From a virus: a stretch of DNA of 64,000 nucleotides. Each line of letters starts with the position of its first letter. The stretch's first letter is position 1. The position numbers and the translations under genes are program-made. The notes beneath the pieces are model-generated. The model ran no database searches and had not been told where the DNA came from. It saw only the letters and a program-made list of their open reading frames with translations. Positions 23,770 through 33,850 of this stretch are shown here, piece after piece. Where the stretch lies: positions 1 to 64,000 of the IMG/VR virus record IMGVR_UViG_3300045971_000163. One strand, given 5' to 3'.

Positions 23770-24588
23770 ATGCAAGGCATATACTGTATAGAGCACATTA
23801 AATCGGGGCGCAAATATTATGGGAGTTCAATCAACGTGCAAAAACGATTGAAACAGCATAAGAAAGAGCTGACGAAACAGATGCATCACAACATACAACT
23901 TCAGCGGGCTTTCGACAAGTACGGCGAACTAGCATTTACTTTTGCACTAATTGAAGAAACTGAGTTTGATTCTCAAGTTGAGTTGTTAGCGTATGAACAA
24001 ACATATCTTGATCACAATGTCGGCGGTTACAATATGGCTCCAGCTAACGGAGGCGACTGTTTAAGTAATCACCCAGAGAAAGATGAGATTAGAGCTAGAA
24101 TCATTGAGTCGCACAAAGATACCATTGCAGCTATGACAGACGAGGAAAGGAAATTGCGATGGAGCAGGGGCGGAGCAGAAAATTACAACTGGAAGAATGG
24201 CGGAGTATGTTTCAAATTATGTCCACAATGTGGTGCTAAGAAAATTAGTTCAACTGCTAATTGCTGCGGCAACTGTCGTCAACGTGTCGGAAAGAATAAC
24301 CCATTCTATAACCAACATCATACTGAAGAAACGAAAGAGCATTTACGAAAGATAAACATCGAGAATAGTTGGATTAGGGGAATTGACCCAACTCTTCTAC
24401 CTTACACTATTCAATATGAAGTAACATACCCCACAGGCGCAATTAAACAGGTAGCAGGGCTAAAGGCAATCGCTCAAGAATTTGATGTTAGTATCGCGAA
24501 TGTTCATGCTACGATTAAACGAATCGCATCGGGCAAGATTCCGCGTCGTGGAAAACTTGCTGGAGTATCTATTAGGAAGATTGCATGA
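23770..24588 (+). CDS. GIY-YIG homing endonuclease with NUMOD3
   Basis: GIYCI...KYYGSS...RLKQH...GYN; NPFYNQHHTEETK; TATAAATA at 23731-23738. Confidence 0.88.
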   Translation: MQGIYCIEHIKSGRKYYGSSINVQKRLKQHKKELTKQMHHNIQLQRAFDKYGELAFTFALIEETEFDSQVELLAYEQTYLDHNVGGYNMAPANGGDCLSNHPEKDEIRARIIESHKDTIAAMTDEERKLRWSRGGAENYNWKNGGVCFKLCPQCGAKKISSTANCCGNCRQRVGKNNPFYNQHHTEETKEHLRKINIENSWIRGIDPTLLPYTIQYEVTYPTGAIKQVAGLKAIAQEFDVSIANVHATIKRIASGKIPRRGKLAGVSIRKIA

Positions 24589-24884
24589 GCTCAGTTTTAG
24601 ACGTACTTGATAAATTTACAGCGGTAGTGAACATGCACGACGTTGTCATCAAAGAAATCGACATCGAGTTCTTTAGATTGTTTGTGGGCAATACTCTCGA
24701 TGATGCCCACGAAGAGCTGCGTTACCTGGCTAGTGACGCACACCCAATTGGAAAATGGTGTAATGAGCGTGGCATTAAAATGACTGAACTAGTGTTAACT
24801 AAAAACTCGGAACAATTGCATAAAGTTGTACTATACGCTACAATGGATGATATTCAGATGACTGAATATGCATTAAGGTTTTAA
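24585..24884 (+). CDS. hypothetical protein
   Basis: 99-aa ORF, ATGA-coupled. Confidence 0.6.
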   Translation: MSSVLDVLDKFTAVVNMHDVVIKEIDIEFFRLFVGNTLDDAHEELRYLASDAHPIGKWCNERGIKMTELVLTKNSEQLHKVVLYATMDDIQMTEYALRF

Positions 24885-25832
24885 ATGAACATTTTGGTTA
24901 CTGGCGGGGAAGGCTTTATTGGCCATAATGTAGTACACACGTTAGAAAAAGATAATCACCGTGTCACTACATACGATAACCATACCACGTATGGTATCTT
25001 AGATTCTGCTGAAGTAAAGCGTCTGCATTCTGAGCGTAGGCAATTTACTAAAGGACCATGGATTACAAGCGACATACGAGATTTGCGCCACCTTGAAGCG
25101 GCAATGCTAGTGGCAGAGCCTGAGGTTATTGTCCACATGGCAGCGTTTCCACGAGCCAAAGTGGTTAACGCAAAACCAGTTGAAGGCTCGGATGTGATGA
25201 GCTCTGCATTGATGTCGTTATTGATGCTTAGTAAAATGCACCATGTTAAACGTTTTGTTTACATTAGCAGTTCAATGGTGTATGGCGACTTCGACACTGG
25301 AGTAACAGAAGATGCTGTATGTAATCCTAAAGGCACTTATGCTATATTGAAGTATGCTGGTGAATTGTTGGTGCGAGATTATTGCACGACGAATAATATT
25401 GAATATGTCATTGTACGTCCCAGTGCAGTGTATGGCCCTCGTGATGTAGAAGATCGCGTGTTAAGTAAGTTTTTGATGAATGCACTACGTGGTGAAGATA
25501 TTGTTGTCAAGGGAGTAAACGAGGTACTGGACTTTAGTTACGTTGACGACGTTGCGGCGGGCATTGCGTTAACAGCTACGCATAAAAATGCACCTGGCAA
25601 TGTGTTTAACATTACACGCGGAGTTGGGTTGATGTTACTTACGGCTGCAAAAATGTGTGTCAATATAGCCAACTCATCATCTAAAATCATCGTAGCAGAC
25701 AAAGACGAATCTTTCCCAAGCAGAGGTGCGTTATCAATCGGCAATGCGTCTAGTAAACTGGGGTATGCCCCACAGTGGTCGCTAGGACACGGGCTAGAAA
25801 AATACTATGAGTGGATACAAAGTACCATTTAA
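24885..25832 (+). CDS. NAD-dependent nucleotide-sugar epimerase/dehydratase
   Basis: GGEGFIG, ISSSMVYG, YAILK, RPSAVYGP. Confidence 0.92.
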   Translation: MNILVTGGEGFIGHNVVHTLEKDNHRVTTYDNHTTYGILDSAEVKRLHSERRQFTKGPWITSDIRDLRHLEAAMLVAEPEVIVHMAAFPRAKVVNAKPVEGSDVMSSALMSLLMLSKMHHVKRFVYISSSMVYGDFDTGVTEDAVCNPKGTYAILKYAGELLVRDYCTTNNIEYVIVRPSAVYGPRDVEDRVLSKFLMNALRGEDIVVKGVNEVLDFSYVDDVAAGIALTATHKNAPGNVFNITRGVGLMLLTAAKMCVNIANSSSKIIVADKDESFPSRGALSIGNASSKLGYAPQWSLGHGLEKYYEWIQSTI

Positions 25833-26907
25833 CGGATTAGGCAGGCAGTACGCTTCACTTAAAGAAGAGTTGCTGCATGCTGCTGATTTAGTGTACTCAA
25901 GTGGTCGAGTACTAGATGGTGAGTACACTGCTAAGTTTGAGCAAGCGATTGCCACACGTACAGATCGCACGTATGCAATATCTGTTAGCAGTTGCTCACA
26001 GGCGTTGTTAGTGTCAATGATGGCGTATGCTGGCCACGACACTAGTAAAAAGGTTGCAGTACCTGCATTAAGTTTTGCAGCCACCGCTAACGCCAGCGTA
26101 TTAGCAGGGCGTAATATTCAATTTATTGACACTGACACAGACGGTATCCTAGATATAAGTAAACTTGATGGATCGCATATTGGTATTATTTTGTATGTTA
26201 ACTTATTTGGTAATGTCATTGACTACGATAAGCTAAAATTAGTAAGCGACTTTTTCAATGATAGTATCCCTATTATCGAAGATGCTGCTCAAAGTTTTGG
26301 TGCCTACTATAAAGGTAAGCCTAGTGGCAAGCTAGGAGACATTAGTTGTTTATCTTTTGATCCCACTAAAAATTTACCTAACTATGGTAGTGGCGGAATG
26401 GTGCTAACAGATAATGATGACGTTGCCGCGTATGTAAAAAGTTTTAAAGACAACGGCAAACAATCTAGTCACTGGATGGTGGGCACAAACTCCAAAATGA
26501 GCGAGGCTGACTGTGCACAAATGTTAGTTAAGTTGAAATATTTTGATCAGTGGCAGGCACGTAGAGCTAAAATTGCTGCGTACTATGCAGACAACCTAAG
26601 CGACATTGTTTCTGTGCCAGAGTACTCGTTTGATGTAATACCGTCGTGGCACAAGTATGTTATTACTACAGTTGATAATCGCGATGACCTAGCCAGCAAA
26701 TTATTAACGTATGGAGTCGAGACAAAAGTTCACTATAAAACATTGATGCCTGACATGCCTGTATTCCGCTATGATGGTAACATACCATTCCCTGCCGCAG
26801 ATGCAATATCCAATACTGCGCTAAGTTTACCTATCTATCCCGAGTTAACCGACGTAGATGTTGAGCATGTAGCAGCATCAATACGCTCCGTATTTCTCAA
26901 CAAATAA
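25807..26907 (+). CDS. DegT/DnrJ/EryC1/StrS sugar aminotransferase
   Basis: IIEDAAQSFG, SFDPTKNL..YGSGG, LSLPIYP. Confidence 0.92.
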   Translation: MSGYKVPFNGLGRQYASLKEELLHAADLVYSSGRVLDGEYTAKFEQAIATRTDRTYAISVSSCSQALLVSMMAYAGHDTSKKVAVPALSFAATANASVLAGRNIQFIDTDTDGILDISKLDGSHIGIILYVNLFGNVIDYDKLKLVSDFFNDSIPIIEDAAQSFGAYYKGKPSGKLGDISCLSFDPTKNLPNYGSGGMVLTDNDDVAAYVKSFKDNGKQSSHWMVGTNSKMSEADCAQMLVKLKYFDQWQARRAKIAAYYADNLSDIVSVPEYSFDVIPSWHKYVITTVDNRDDLASKLLTYGVETKVHYKTLMPDMPVFRYDGNIPFPAADAISNTALSLPIYPELTDVDVEHVAASIRSVFLNK

Positions 26908-29900
26908 CGCATTCAGCCAGTCCCACTCGAACGACAGCATCAGTTTTTCCATATTGCCGTTAACTGAGTCGTAGTATTCTCTCGCATCGTTTGCACCGCT
27001 AATACTCCACTTTGCGTTCTTACCTTCAGCAATCGTGCACCATGTTAGTAAGCGTTGTGCTGAAACGTCATCAGTTGTGTCACACAGTTTAATGCATTCA
27101 CGGAATGCCGTGCGCCACGTAATGATAGGTGACACGTTGTAATGTGCTGTTGCTGATAATAGCGGCACTACCTCGTGCTTTTGACTCAGTGTAAAATCTA
27201 ACCCATACTCGACAGTAGCAAGCGTCAGTGCCTTATTGTATGCTAACACAGCCATGTGCCCATACTCTAAACCGTTTACTGGATTGTGTGCGTGGAAGAT
27301 ATAGTGTTTTGGCTCTTGAAGATAGTCTGGTTGCCAATCCCAATTAAACTCTGGATTGACTTCTAACTTAGCAAATACAGCATAAAACCAAGGTGTGGTG
27401 CTCACTGTTGCCGCTGCTTTATACGCTGCCGCTCGCCCGTTAACGTCCTTTACCCAATGTATTTTTCTGTCTTTCGCAACACATTTTACCAAATGATTGT
27501 ACCAGCGTTCAGCGTCAGGCTCCCCGTTAGAAATATACACGATATCTAGCGCGGAATCGCGTATAAACTGCTCTTTGTGTGGCAAAATGTACGGATAATC
27601 GTACATTTGCGTGTCGATAAACTGCTTTGCGTCACGTGGCACTACTGTTACGCTGCCGCTCTGTGAAAAAGTGTGTAGAACCCTGTCTTTTTTACGCCAA
27701 ACTGAAGGTGAAAACTTTGCTGTATTTGCTATACTGTGATGCCTAAATATCGTGAATGGCCCGTTAAAGTCGTGTGCTTTTACTGCATCAACCAAACTGT
27801 CTGATGCGTAAACCACCTCGTCCATTGGCAACCGTGGCACTATTTGATCAGTACAATAGTTAACAGTAGTAAACCAGTCCAGTAATTCGATTGTATCCAT
27901 CTGCTCTTTAAACGTAGGCACATGAATGTAAAATGTGTCGCCGAACTTTTGATCATCTGATGAAAATACGTGCAGCATTTTTGCTTGCCATGGTTCTGGT
28001 TGCCACGTAAAGTCAAACTTACTGTAATCGCATATTGAGTTAGTGACCCAAATGTAGTCAGTGGTCGCAGTTGCTATCAACCTGCGTAGCGTTGCTAAGT
28101 AACTGTCAGCAAAGCGGGCAACTTTTACATCAGGATAACGCTTCTTCATTTTATCAAGAACAGCCGTAGATCCGTTGTTCAAGTGATCAACGAAGTAAAT
28201 GTCGTAAACGTCGTCTGGCCTGTATACTGGCTGGTCTTTTACAAAGTTCAAGTTTGGAAACTCTTCCAAAGTTTTAGCCCACTTAGCATGCCGTGTAAAC
28301 TCGTTCTTGTTAATCAAGAATGTGTCACTCCACTTTTGCCACTGTGACGCAAACACATGAGTCATAAAGTTTTGCCATGGTTGCGCATGCCACTCAAAGC
28401 TAAAGTTATCGTATACGTTCTCAGAACTAATAACCCAAAACTTCTGTGTTTCTGATCTTACTACACATCGCTTTATAGTTTCCAACCACCCATTCATGTA
28501 GCGTATCTTCTGTATGTCAGGGTACCTTAATTTAAGTGCATCAAATCTCGTTGCTGATGTTTTGTTATTCATGTCAACAAAGAACATGCTTACGGCCCGC
28601 ACGATAGACTTATCAATATTTCCTGTGTTGTCGCCAGCGTTTAACCTAGCACCTATTTTACGCTTTAATATGGGTACTTCAGTTTCAAACTTTAACTCCG
28701 TTGCGCCTGGCACTGTGTATAGCAAGCCGATAGACATTTGATACTCTGAGCTAAAGTGGTAAACATATGGCGCTTCTTTGGGATGCGGTAACCAGCTAAA
28801 ATCTATTAGCCCGCTGTTTACTTCTTCAGGTACAGTCCAGTTTAATCTTGTTGGTGTCAGCGTTGCTGCAAAATCCGTAACATACTTTTTTTCTGTTCCA
28901 CCGGGCATCCTATACTCAACTGTTGGCATGTCGGCGGCGCCATACCATTGATTACCAAACACGTAGATGTATGCTGGCTCAAAGGGATTAGGCACCCATG
29001 CTGCTAACGTGGTAATATCCACATTCTCAACTAGTAACTTCCAGTATTTGCTATTCTTTTTAACTGTTACTATTTTCTCGTCGCAATATTTGTACTCAGT
29101 TGCACCAGGTTCAAAATATTCAACAGTTGGCATTTCAATGGCACTGTACCATGGGTTGCCAAAGACGTAGATATACGGTGGTTCAAAGGGATTAGGTGCC
29201 CATGTGAAATCAATATCCCACTCTGCTTCTTTACGCAATGTTTTCCAACGTGTAGGCTCTGGCTTATGCTCAACTGTAACTATTGCGTCAGTGACATACT
29301 TTCTCTCAGTAGCGCCAGGTACGTGATACTCAGCAGTAGGCATTTCAACAGATGAGTACCATGGGTTACCAAAAACGTAGATGTATGGCGGTTCAAAGGG
29401 ATTAGGTGCCCAGTTGGGATCTGGTTTCCATATTGCTTCAGGCTTAAGGTATTTCCACAGCGACGGGTCTACTGCGCACGTTAACGCTTTTTCGTCGCAA
29501 TACTTTCTCTCAGTAGCGCCAGGTACATGATACTCAGCCGTAGGCATTTCAACAGCACTGTACCACGGGTTGCCAAAGACGTAGATATATGGAGGTTCAA
29601 AGGGATTAGGTGCCCACTGATAATCAACAACCCAGTTTGCTTCTTTTAGTATTTTCCAATGTGCTTTGTTTGGCTGAACTGTTAGCACTTGTTCATCGCA
29701 ATACTTTCTCTCAGTAGCGCCAGGTACATGATACTCAGCCGTAGGCATTTCAACAGCACTGTACCACGGGTTGCCAAAGACGTAGATATATGGAGGTTCA
29801 AAGGGATTTGGACACCAGTTAGGATCAATGTTCCATTCTACATTTGTTTTTAATATCTTCCAGTTAGTTGAGTCAGCATAACGGCGTAAATACTTTCTAT

Positions 29901-30177
29901 CGTAATAATGCTCAACTAACTCTAAATCTTCTTTGGGTGCAAATACGGCGCTGAAATTCTCGCCAAACTGTGAATATAATAAATGTATATGTGTGTGATG
30001 ATATTCCCATGGGGGTGGTATAACCCCAAAATCAAAATCACGCATATCTTTACTACCGTCTACAAACCAAAAGAACTCAGTTCGTGCTTGTTTCTTAGCA
30101 TCAGCAAGATCAACTGCTGGCTTTTCGTATGGGAATAGGTTGGGTGCGTGGGCACTAGTGTAGAACAGATCAAACAT
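26878..30177 (-). CDS. large repeat-containing glycosyltransferase-like protein
   Basis: Five to six ~67-aa W.PNPFEPPYIYVFGN.WY repeats; C-terminal domain (HNPVNGLEYG, WRTAFRECIKL) paralogous to 52685..53641. Confidence 0.65.
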   Translation of the reverse strand: MFDLFYTSAHAPNLFPYEKPAVDLADAKKQARTEFFWFVDGSKDMRDFDFGVIPPPWEYHHTHIHLLYSQFGENFSAVFAPKEDLELVEHYYDRKYLRRYADSTNWKILKTNVEWNIDPNWCPNPFEPPYIYVFGNPWYSAVEMPTAEYHVPGATERKYCDEQVLTVQPNKAHWKILKEANWVVDYQWAPNPFEPPYIYVFGNPWYSAVEMPTAEYHVPGATERKYCDEKALTCAVDPSLWKYLKPEAIWKPDPNWAPNPFEPPYIYVFGNPWYSSVEMPTAEYHVPGATERKYVTDAIVTVEHKPEPTRWKTLRKEAEWDIDFTWAPNPFEPPYIYVFGNPWYSAIEMPTVEYFEPGATEYKYCDEKIVTVKKNSKYWKLLVENVDITTLAAWVPNPFEPAYIYVFGNQWYGAADMPTVEYRMPGGTEKKYVTDFAATLTPTRLNWTVPEEVNSGLIDFSWLPHPKEAPYVYHFSSEYQMSIGLLYTVPGATELKFETEVPILKRKIGARLNAGDNTGNIDKSIVRAVSMFFVDMNNKTSATRFDALKLRYPDIQKIRYMNGWLETIKRCVVRSETQKFWVISSENVYDNFSFEWHAQPWQNFMTHVFASQWQKWSDTFLINKNEFTRHAKWAKTLEEFPNLNFVKDQPVYRPDDVYDIYFVDHLNNGSTAVLDKMKKRYPDVKVARFADSYLATLRRLIATATTDYIWVTNSICDYSKFDFTWQPEPWQAKMLHVFSSDDQKFGDTFYIHVPTFKEQMDTIELLDWFTTVNYCTDQIVPRLPMDEVVYASDSLVDAVKAHDFNGPFTIFRHHSIANTAKFSPSVWRKKDRVLHTFSQSGSVTVVPRDAKQFIDTQMYDYPYILPHKEQFIRDSALDIVYISNGEPDAERWYNHLVKCVAKDRKIHWVKDVNGRAAAYKAAATVSTTPWFYAVFAKLEVNPEFNWDWQPDYLQEPKHYIFHAHNPVNGLEYGHMAVLAYNKALTLATVEYGLDFTLSQKHEVVPLLSATAHYNVSPIITWRTAFRECIKLCDTTDDVSAQRLLTWCTIAEGKNAKWSISGANDAREYYDSVNGNMEKLMLSFEWDWLNALFVEKYGAY
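28700..29870 (-). repeat. intragenic tandem repeats with ~201-bp period
   Basis: 29495-29607 is identical to 29696-29808; more diverged copies flank them. Confidence 0.85.
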
Positions 30178-30213
30178 AGGTAGCATAAATACTTATTAAT
30201 TGTACTGCATCAT

Positions 30214-30954
30214 ATGAAATTAATCTACCTTATTCTTACCGTTTTTCTTGTCTCAGCCAACGCCCAAGTTGCCGATTCTTGCGACAGTATGACTCCTTTT
30301 GGCAAGCCCGTAGTTAAAACCGTTGAGAAAGCCACCCGTCTTTGCCGAAAAATGTACGTGCTTGAACACTCTCCATCACGCCATACTGCGTTTTGGTCGG
30401 CAGAGCACTTGATTGGTACAGAGCAAGGTACTGGGGCAGATCGTGTGAATGCGTTTAAAGCTGACCCAGACTTACCAATAACGGAAGCTGCGCGTCCGTC
30501 AGACTACGCTGGTTCAGGCTACGATCAAGGTCATATGTCTCCGGTTGGTGACATGCACAAAGATGCTGAAGCAATGTTAGAAAGTTTTTACTTATCCAAC
30601 ATGGTTCCTCAAATTCCAATGAACAATCGAGATGGATGGAATCACTTAGAGTATTATGTGCGTGGGTTAGCAATGAAAAATAACAATGTGTATGTTATTA
30701 CTGGACCTGTGTATCAATGTATTACGTGCGTTACCATTGGAAAAACCAGAGTTATGATACCTACACACATCTACAAGATTGTGTACATTCCATCACGCAA
30801 ACTAGCAATATCATTTTTAGTTCCTAATGTTCCATTTACAGACAAAGACATTCCTAAATATATTACTACAGTAAATGCAGTACAGAAAGCAACAGGGATC
30901 AAGTTCTTCCCAATGCTAACTGTACCTGTGGATGACGCTAAAGCAATGCTTTAA
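30214..30954 (+). CDS. secreted DNA/RNA non-specific endonuclease (NucA/EndoG family)
   Basis: Signal peptide; DYAGSGYDQGHMSP, SFYLSNMVPQ...NRDGWNHLE, VITGP. Confidence 0.9.
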   Translation: MKLIYLILTVFLVSANAQVADSCDSMTPFGKPVVKTVEKATRLCRKMYVLEHSPSRHTAFWSAEHLIGTEQGTGADRVNAFKADPDLPITEAARPSDYAGSGYDQGHMSPVGDMHKDAEAMLESFYLSNMVPQIPMNNRDGWNHLEYYVRGLAMKNNNVYVITGPVYQCITCVTIGKTRVMIPTHIYKIVYIPSRKLAISFLVPNVPFTDKDIPKYITTVNAVQKATGIKFFPMLTVPVDDAKAML

Positions 30955-32468
30955 CTTAGCACCGTAATGCCGTATAGTTCTTGAAATCTGTCGGCATCAG
31001 CCCTATCGTTTACCATTGGTTCACCTCGTATGTTCAACGAGGTATTTAACAACATAGGGCAGCCGGTTCGTTTATGCCATACTTCCAATAACTGACGTAT
31101 GCCAGATGTGCATGCTCGCGACACTGTTTGTACACGTGATGTTCCATCAACATGTATAATAGCAGGGAATTTGTCAGGTTTTAAACAAGTTGCTGTTACT
31201 TGCATGTAAGGACTTTCATCCCAGCCCTTAGGCATTGCGAAATACAGATGTGCGTACTCTTCTAAGATAACCGGTGCAAACGGCCTGAACTTTTGCCTGC
31301 GCTTTATTGCATTTACTTTGTCTTTAATCTCACCACCACGCGGGTCAGCAAGTAAACTTCTATTGCCTAATGCACGTGGCCCAAACTCTGCCCTGCCACT
31401 GGCTACCCCAACTATCTTATCAGTGAACAACTTTTCAATCAGTTGCGCCACTGGGTACTTACCTGGTATGTCGGTTCCTAAGTAAGGACTTACCCAGTTT
31501 AATCGCTTTTTATACGCTAACGCTGCGGCACCAAGTGAGCTGCCAGCATCGCCGGGATTAGGCATGACCCAAATATTGTCAAACCAGTTACCAAGGTACC
31601 TATTAGCAGAGCAGTTTAACGCTACACCACCAGTATACACTAAATCACGGCTCCAGCGAAACTGAGCTGCTTTAAGCATAATCTCGTTTACTAACTGCTC
31701 AGTGACAAACTGTGTTGATGCTGCTATGTCAAAGTTATTTTGCTCTTCTGTCTCTTGTGTTGAGTCTAAATAATCTTCGTCAACGCCGCAATGCATATTC
31801 AACCGCATGGTTGCTGTGCTAGCATCAGAGACTAGCTCGTGCTTTATCCTGCTTGTGTAGTGTGACGAGCCGTAGCCGGCCATGCCCATGAGAATGTATT
31901 CTTCATCAAGCGGGCGGAGGCCAACACGTTTTGTCATAGCACTGTAAAATAGTCCAATGCTGTGAGGGTAGCGTTGTCCCCATAGTCTAACATATTGTGC
32001 CTTGCCCCAGCGATCATACTCTGCGCCATAAATGCTTATTGTGTCCCATTCCCCAATCGCGTCAATCACCACTACTGTTGCCCGTTGGAAGGGGCTAGTT
32101 TGGAAGGATGCGGCTGCGTGAGATAGATGATGCGGCTGGTGAACAAACTGTGTGAGCGGTTTGAACATTACCTCTGGGCAATGGTTAGCGAGATATTTTT
32201 TAATCGTTATGTCGCTAAAATCAAACGCATCAGCGTATTGCCCAGCATATAACTGCCGCGTCTTTTTCAGCCACGGACGCTCGTAATACGATACAATGCT
32301 TGGCGGTCCATGCGACAATGCCTCTTGCATGAGCTCAAGACAAAGGTGCTCGTCGTGTTTCTTTTTGCTGTATCGCTCAGAGTGTCCGGCAAATAAAATA
32401 TTGCCTTTACTATCCACAACGCTTACCGCAGCGTCGTGAAAGCCAGCACTAATACCAAGGACTTTCAT
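30951..32468 (-). CDS. carbamoyltransferase (NodU/CmcH family)
   Basis: FHDAA, HHLSHAA, DAIGE, GGVALNC, EFGPRALGNRS, FRPFAP, LNTSLN. Confidence 0.95.
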   Translation of the reverse strand: MKVLGISAGFHDAAVSVVDSKGNILFAGHSERYSKKKHDEHLCLELMQEALSHGPPSIVSYYERPWLKKTRQLYAGQYADAFDFSDITIKKYLANHCPEVMFKPLTQFVHQPHHLSHAAASFQTSPFQRATVVVIDAIGEWDTISIYGAEYDRWGKAQYVRLWGQRYPHSIGLFYSAMTKRVGLRPLDEEYILMGMAGYGSSHYTSRIKHELVSDASTATMRLNMHCGVDEDYLDSTQETEEQNNFDIAASTQFVTEQLVNEIMLKAAQFRWSRDLVYTGGVALNCSANRYLGNWFDNIWVMPNPGDAGSSLGAAALAYKKRLNWVSPYLGTDIPGKYPVAQLIEKLFTDKIVGVASGRAEFGPRALGNRSLLADPRGGEIKDKVNAIKRRQKFRPFAPVILEEYAHLYFAMPKGWDESPYMQVTATCLKPDKFPAIIHVDGTSRVQTVSRACTSGIRQLLEVWHKRTGCPMLLNTSLNIRGEPMVNDRADADRFQELYGITVLS

Positions 32469-32566
32469 TTATAGATAAACGGGTCCATTTTGCGAAGTTT
32501 CTTCAACTTCTTGCGATATGCTATCTCAAGTTTAATCTTGTTGATCAGTCGTTTAATCCAGCCCAT
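32465..32566 (-). CDS. 33-aa basic peptide ending DPFIYK, not in ORF track
   Basis: MGWIKRLINKIKLEIAYRKKLKKLRKMDPFIYK*, ATGA-coupled to the carbamoyltransferase. Confidence 0.65.
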   Translation of the reverse strand: MGWIKRLINKIKLEIAYRKKLKKLRKMDPFIYK

Positions 32567-33257
32567 GTTGTTTTCCTTGTAAATATTCTGCTAACTCTTC
32601 GGGTGTTCCTACCTGTTCTACTTTGTCTACATATTTAATCTTAATTCCCAAATCCAGTGCATAATTGTACACAGGTGCAACATAAAACTCATTGTTAGTT
32701 CTATCGTTCGCAGTTACCATCTTCTCGTATGCTGCTAAGTAATCACCAAACTGTTTCCAGTAGTACATGCCAGCAGTGGCACAATTAGATATCTGTACTT
32801 TTTCAGCAACCTTAGTTACGTTGCCGTTTGCGCCTGTGGTGCAATATGACCACTTGTCGCCATAACCTGGAAAGCAGAATATAGTACCGTTTGCAGTCAA
32901 TGACTCAACGTCTCTGTCCCAATGTAATAGTTGGTCACTATTCACAATTATTACTTCATCGTCGACACTTACTTCCTCAACAGCTTTGCTCACTGTAGTC
33001 GCGGCACCATCTGTCAATCCGTCAATTGCGACAATGGAGAAGTTTTTAACAAACTTAGCAAATACTTTCTTTAACTTATATTTTTCAATGTGCTCGCGTT
33101 GGCATAAGAATACATGATGCAAATTAAGTAATCCTAAATGCTCAACCACATGTTGAATCATTGGCTTATCTAAGAATGGGATTAACGGTTTGGGTAAGTC
33201 GTAACCCACAGTAGTAAACCTACTCCCCAGTCCAGCCATTGGAATAATAATTTTCAT
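32553..33257 (-). CDS. sugar-phosphate nucleotidyltransferase-like protein
   Basis: IIPMAGLGSRF...PKPLI; NSDQ; VAEK; NNEFYVAPVYN; GTPEEL. Confidence 0.85.
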   Translation of the reverse strand: MKIIIPMAGLGSRFTTVGYDLPKPLIPFLDKPMIQHVVEHLGLLNLHHVFLCQREHIEKYKLKKVFAKFVKNFSIVAIDGLTDGAATTVSKAVEEVSVDDEVIIVNSDQLLHWDRDVESLTANGTIFCFPGYGDKWSYCTTGANGNVTKVAEKVQISNCATAGMYYWKQFGDYLAAYEKMVTANDRTNNEFYVAPVYNYALDLGIKIKYVDKVEQVGTPEELAEYLQGKQHGLD

Positions 33258-33850
33258 AATGATAGATATTTTAAGTTATTTAATTGAGTGACGTTATACG
33301 TTTCAAATCCAGCTACTGCCGCAGCATTTAGTGTAGGATGAAAATCGTCTACTACCAATATTTCGTTACGTGGCAAGTTGACCATTGCGGCGATATATTC
33401 AAATGCTTCAGTGCTTGGTTTATTTTTAAGCCCAGAATCATTACCAATCACCAGTTGTCCAGTGTGACCTAAGTTGAAATGGTCTAGTATCATTAATATG
33501 TAATCCACTCTGGCATTAGACACATACGATACGGTAATGCCTCTCTCAAGCAATTTCGTAATAACTGGTATTGTGTGTTCATTATATTCAATAAATTCCC
33601 GGTAATACTTGAGCATGTTAAACTTCCACCTTAGGAACTTTACTCGTTGTTCTGGAGTAAGCGTAATACCTTGAGACTCTTCTAGAAATTTTAACTTTGC
33701 GGTAGTTGGAATAGGAGCGTCAATGAAAATGTCAGTCACTGGAGCAAATCCAAACTTTTTCATAGTTACTTCCATGGAAATATGATTGGCTTCTTTACTA
33801 TCAACCAATACCCCGTCAATGTCGAAGATGACGTGCTTTATATTAGACAT
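33254..33850 (-). CDS. HAD-family phosphatase
   Basis: FDIDGVLVDS, VSN, NKPS, VDD. Confidence 0.88.
   Translation of the reverse strand: MSNIKHVIFDIDGVLVDSKEANHISMEVTMKKFGFAPVTDIFIDAPIPTTAKLKFLEESQGITLTPEQRVKFLRWKFNMLKYYREFIEYNEHTIPVITKLLERGITVSYVSNARVDYILMILDHFNLGHTGQLVIGNDSGLKNKPSTEAFEYIAAMVNLPRNEILVVDDFHPTLNAAAVAGFETYNVTQLNNLKYLSL

Noticed and set aside
29495-29808. Diversity-generating retroelement TR/VR pair
   Set aside because: The copies are identical in-frame coding repeats with no adenine-specific mismatches, and there is no reverse transcriptase in the window.
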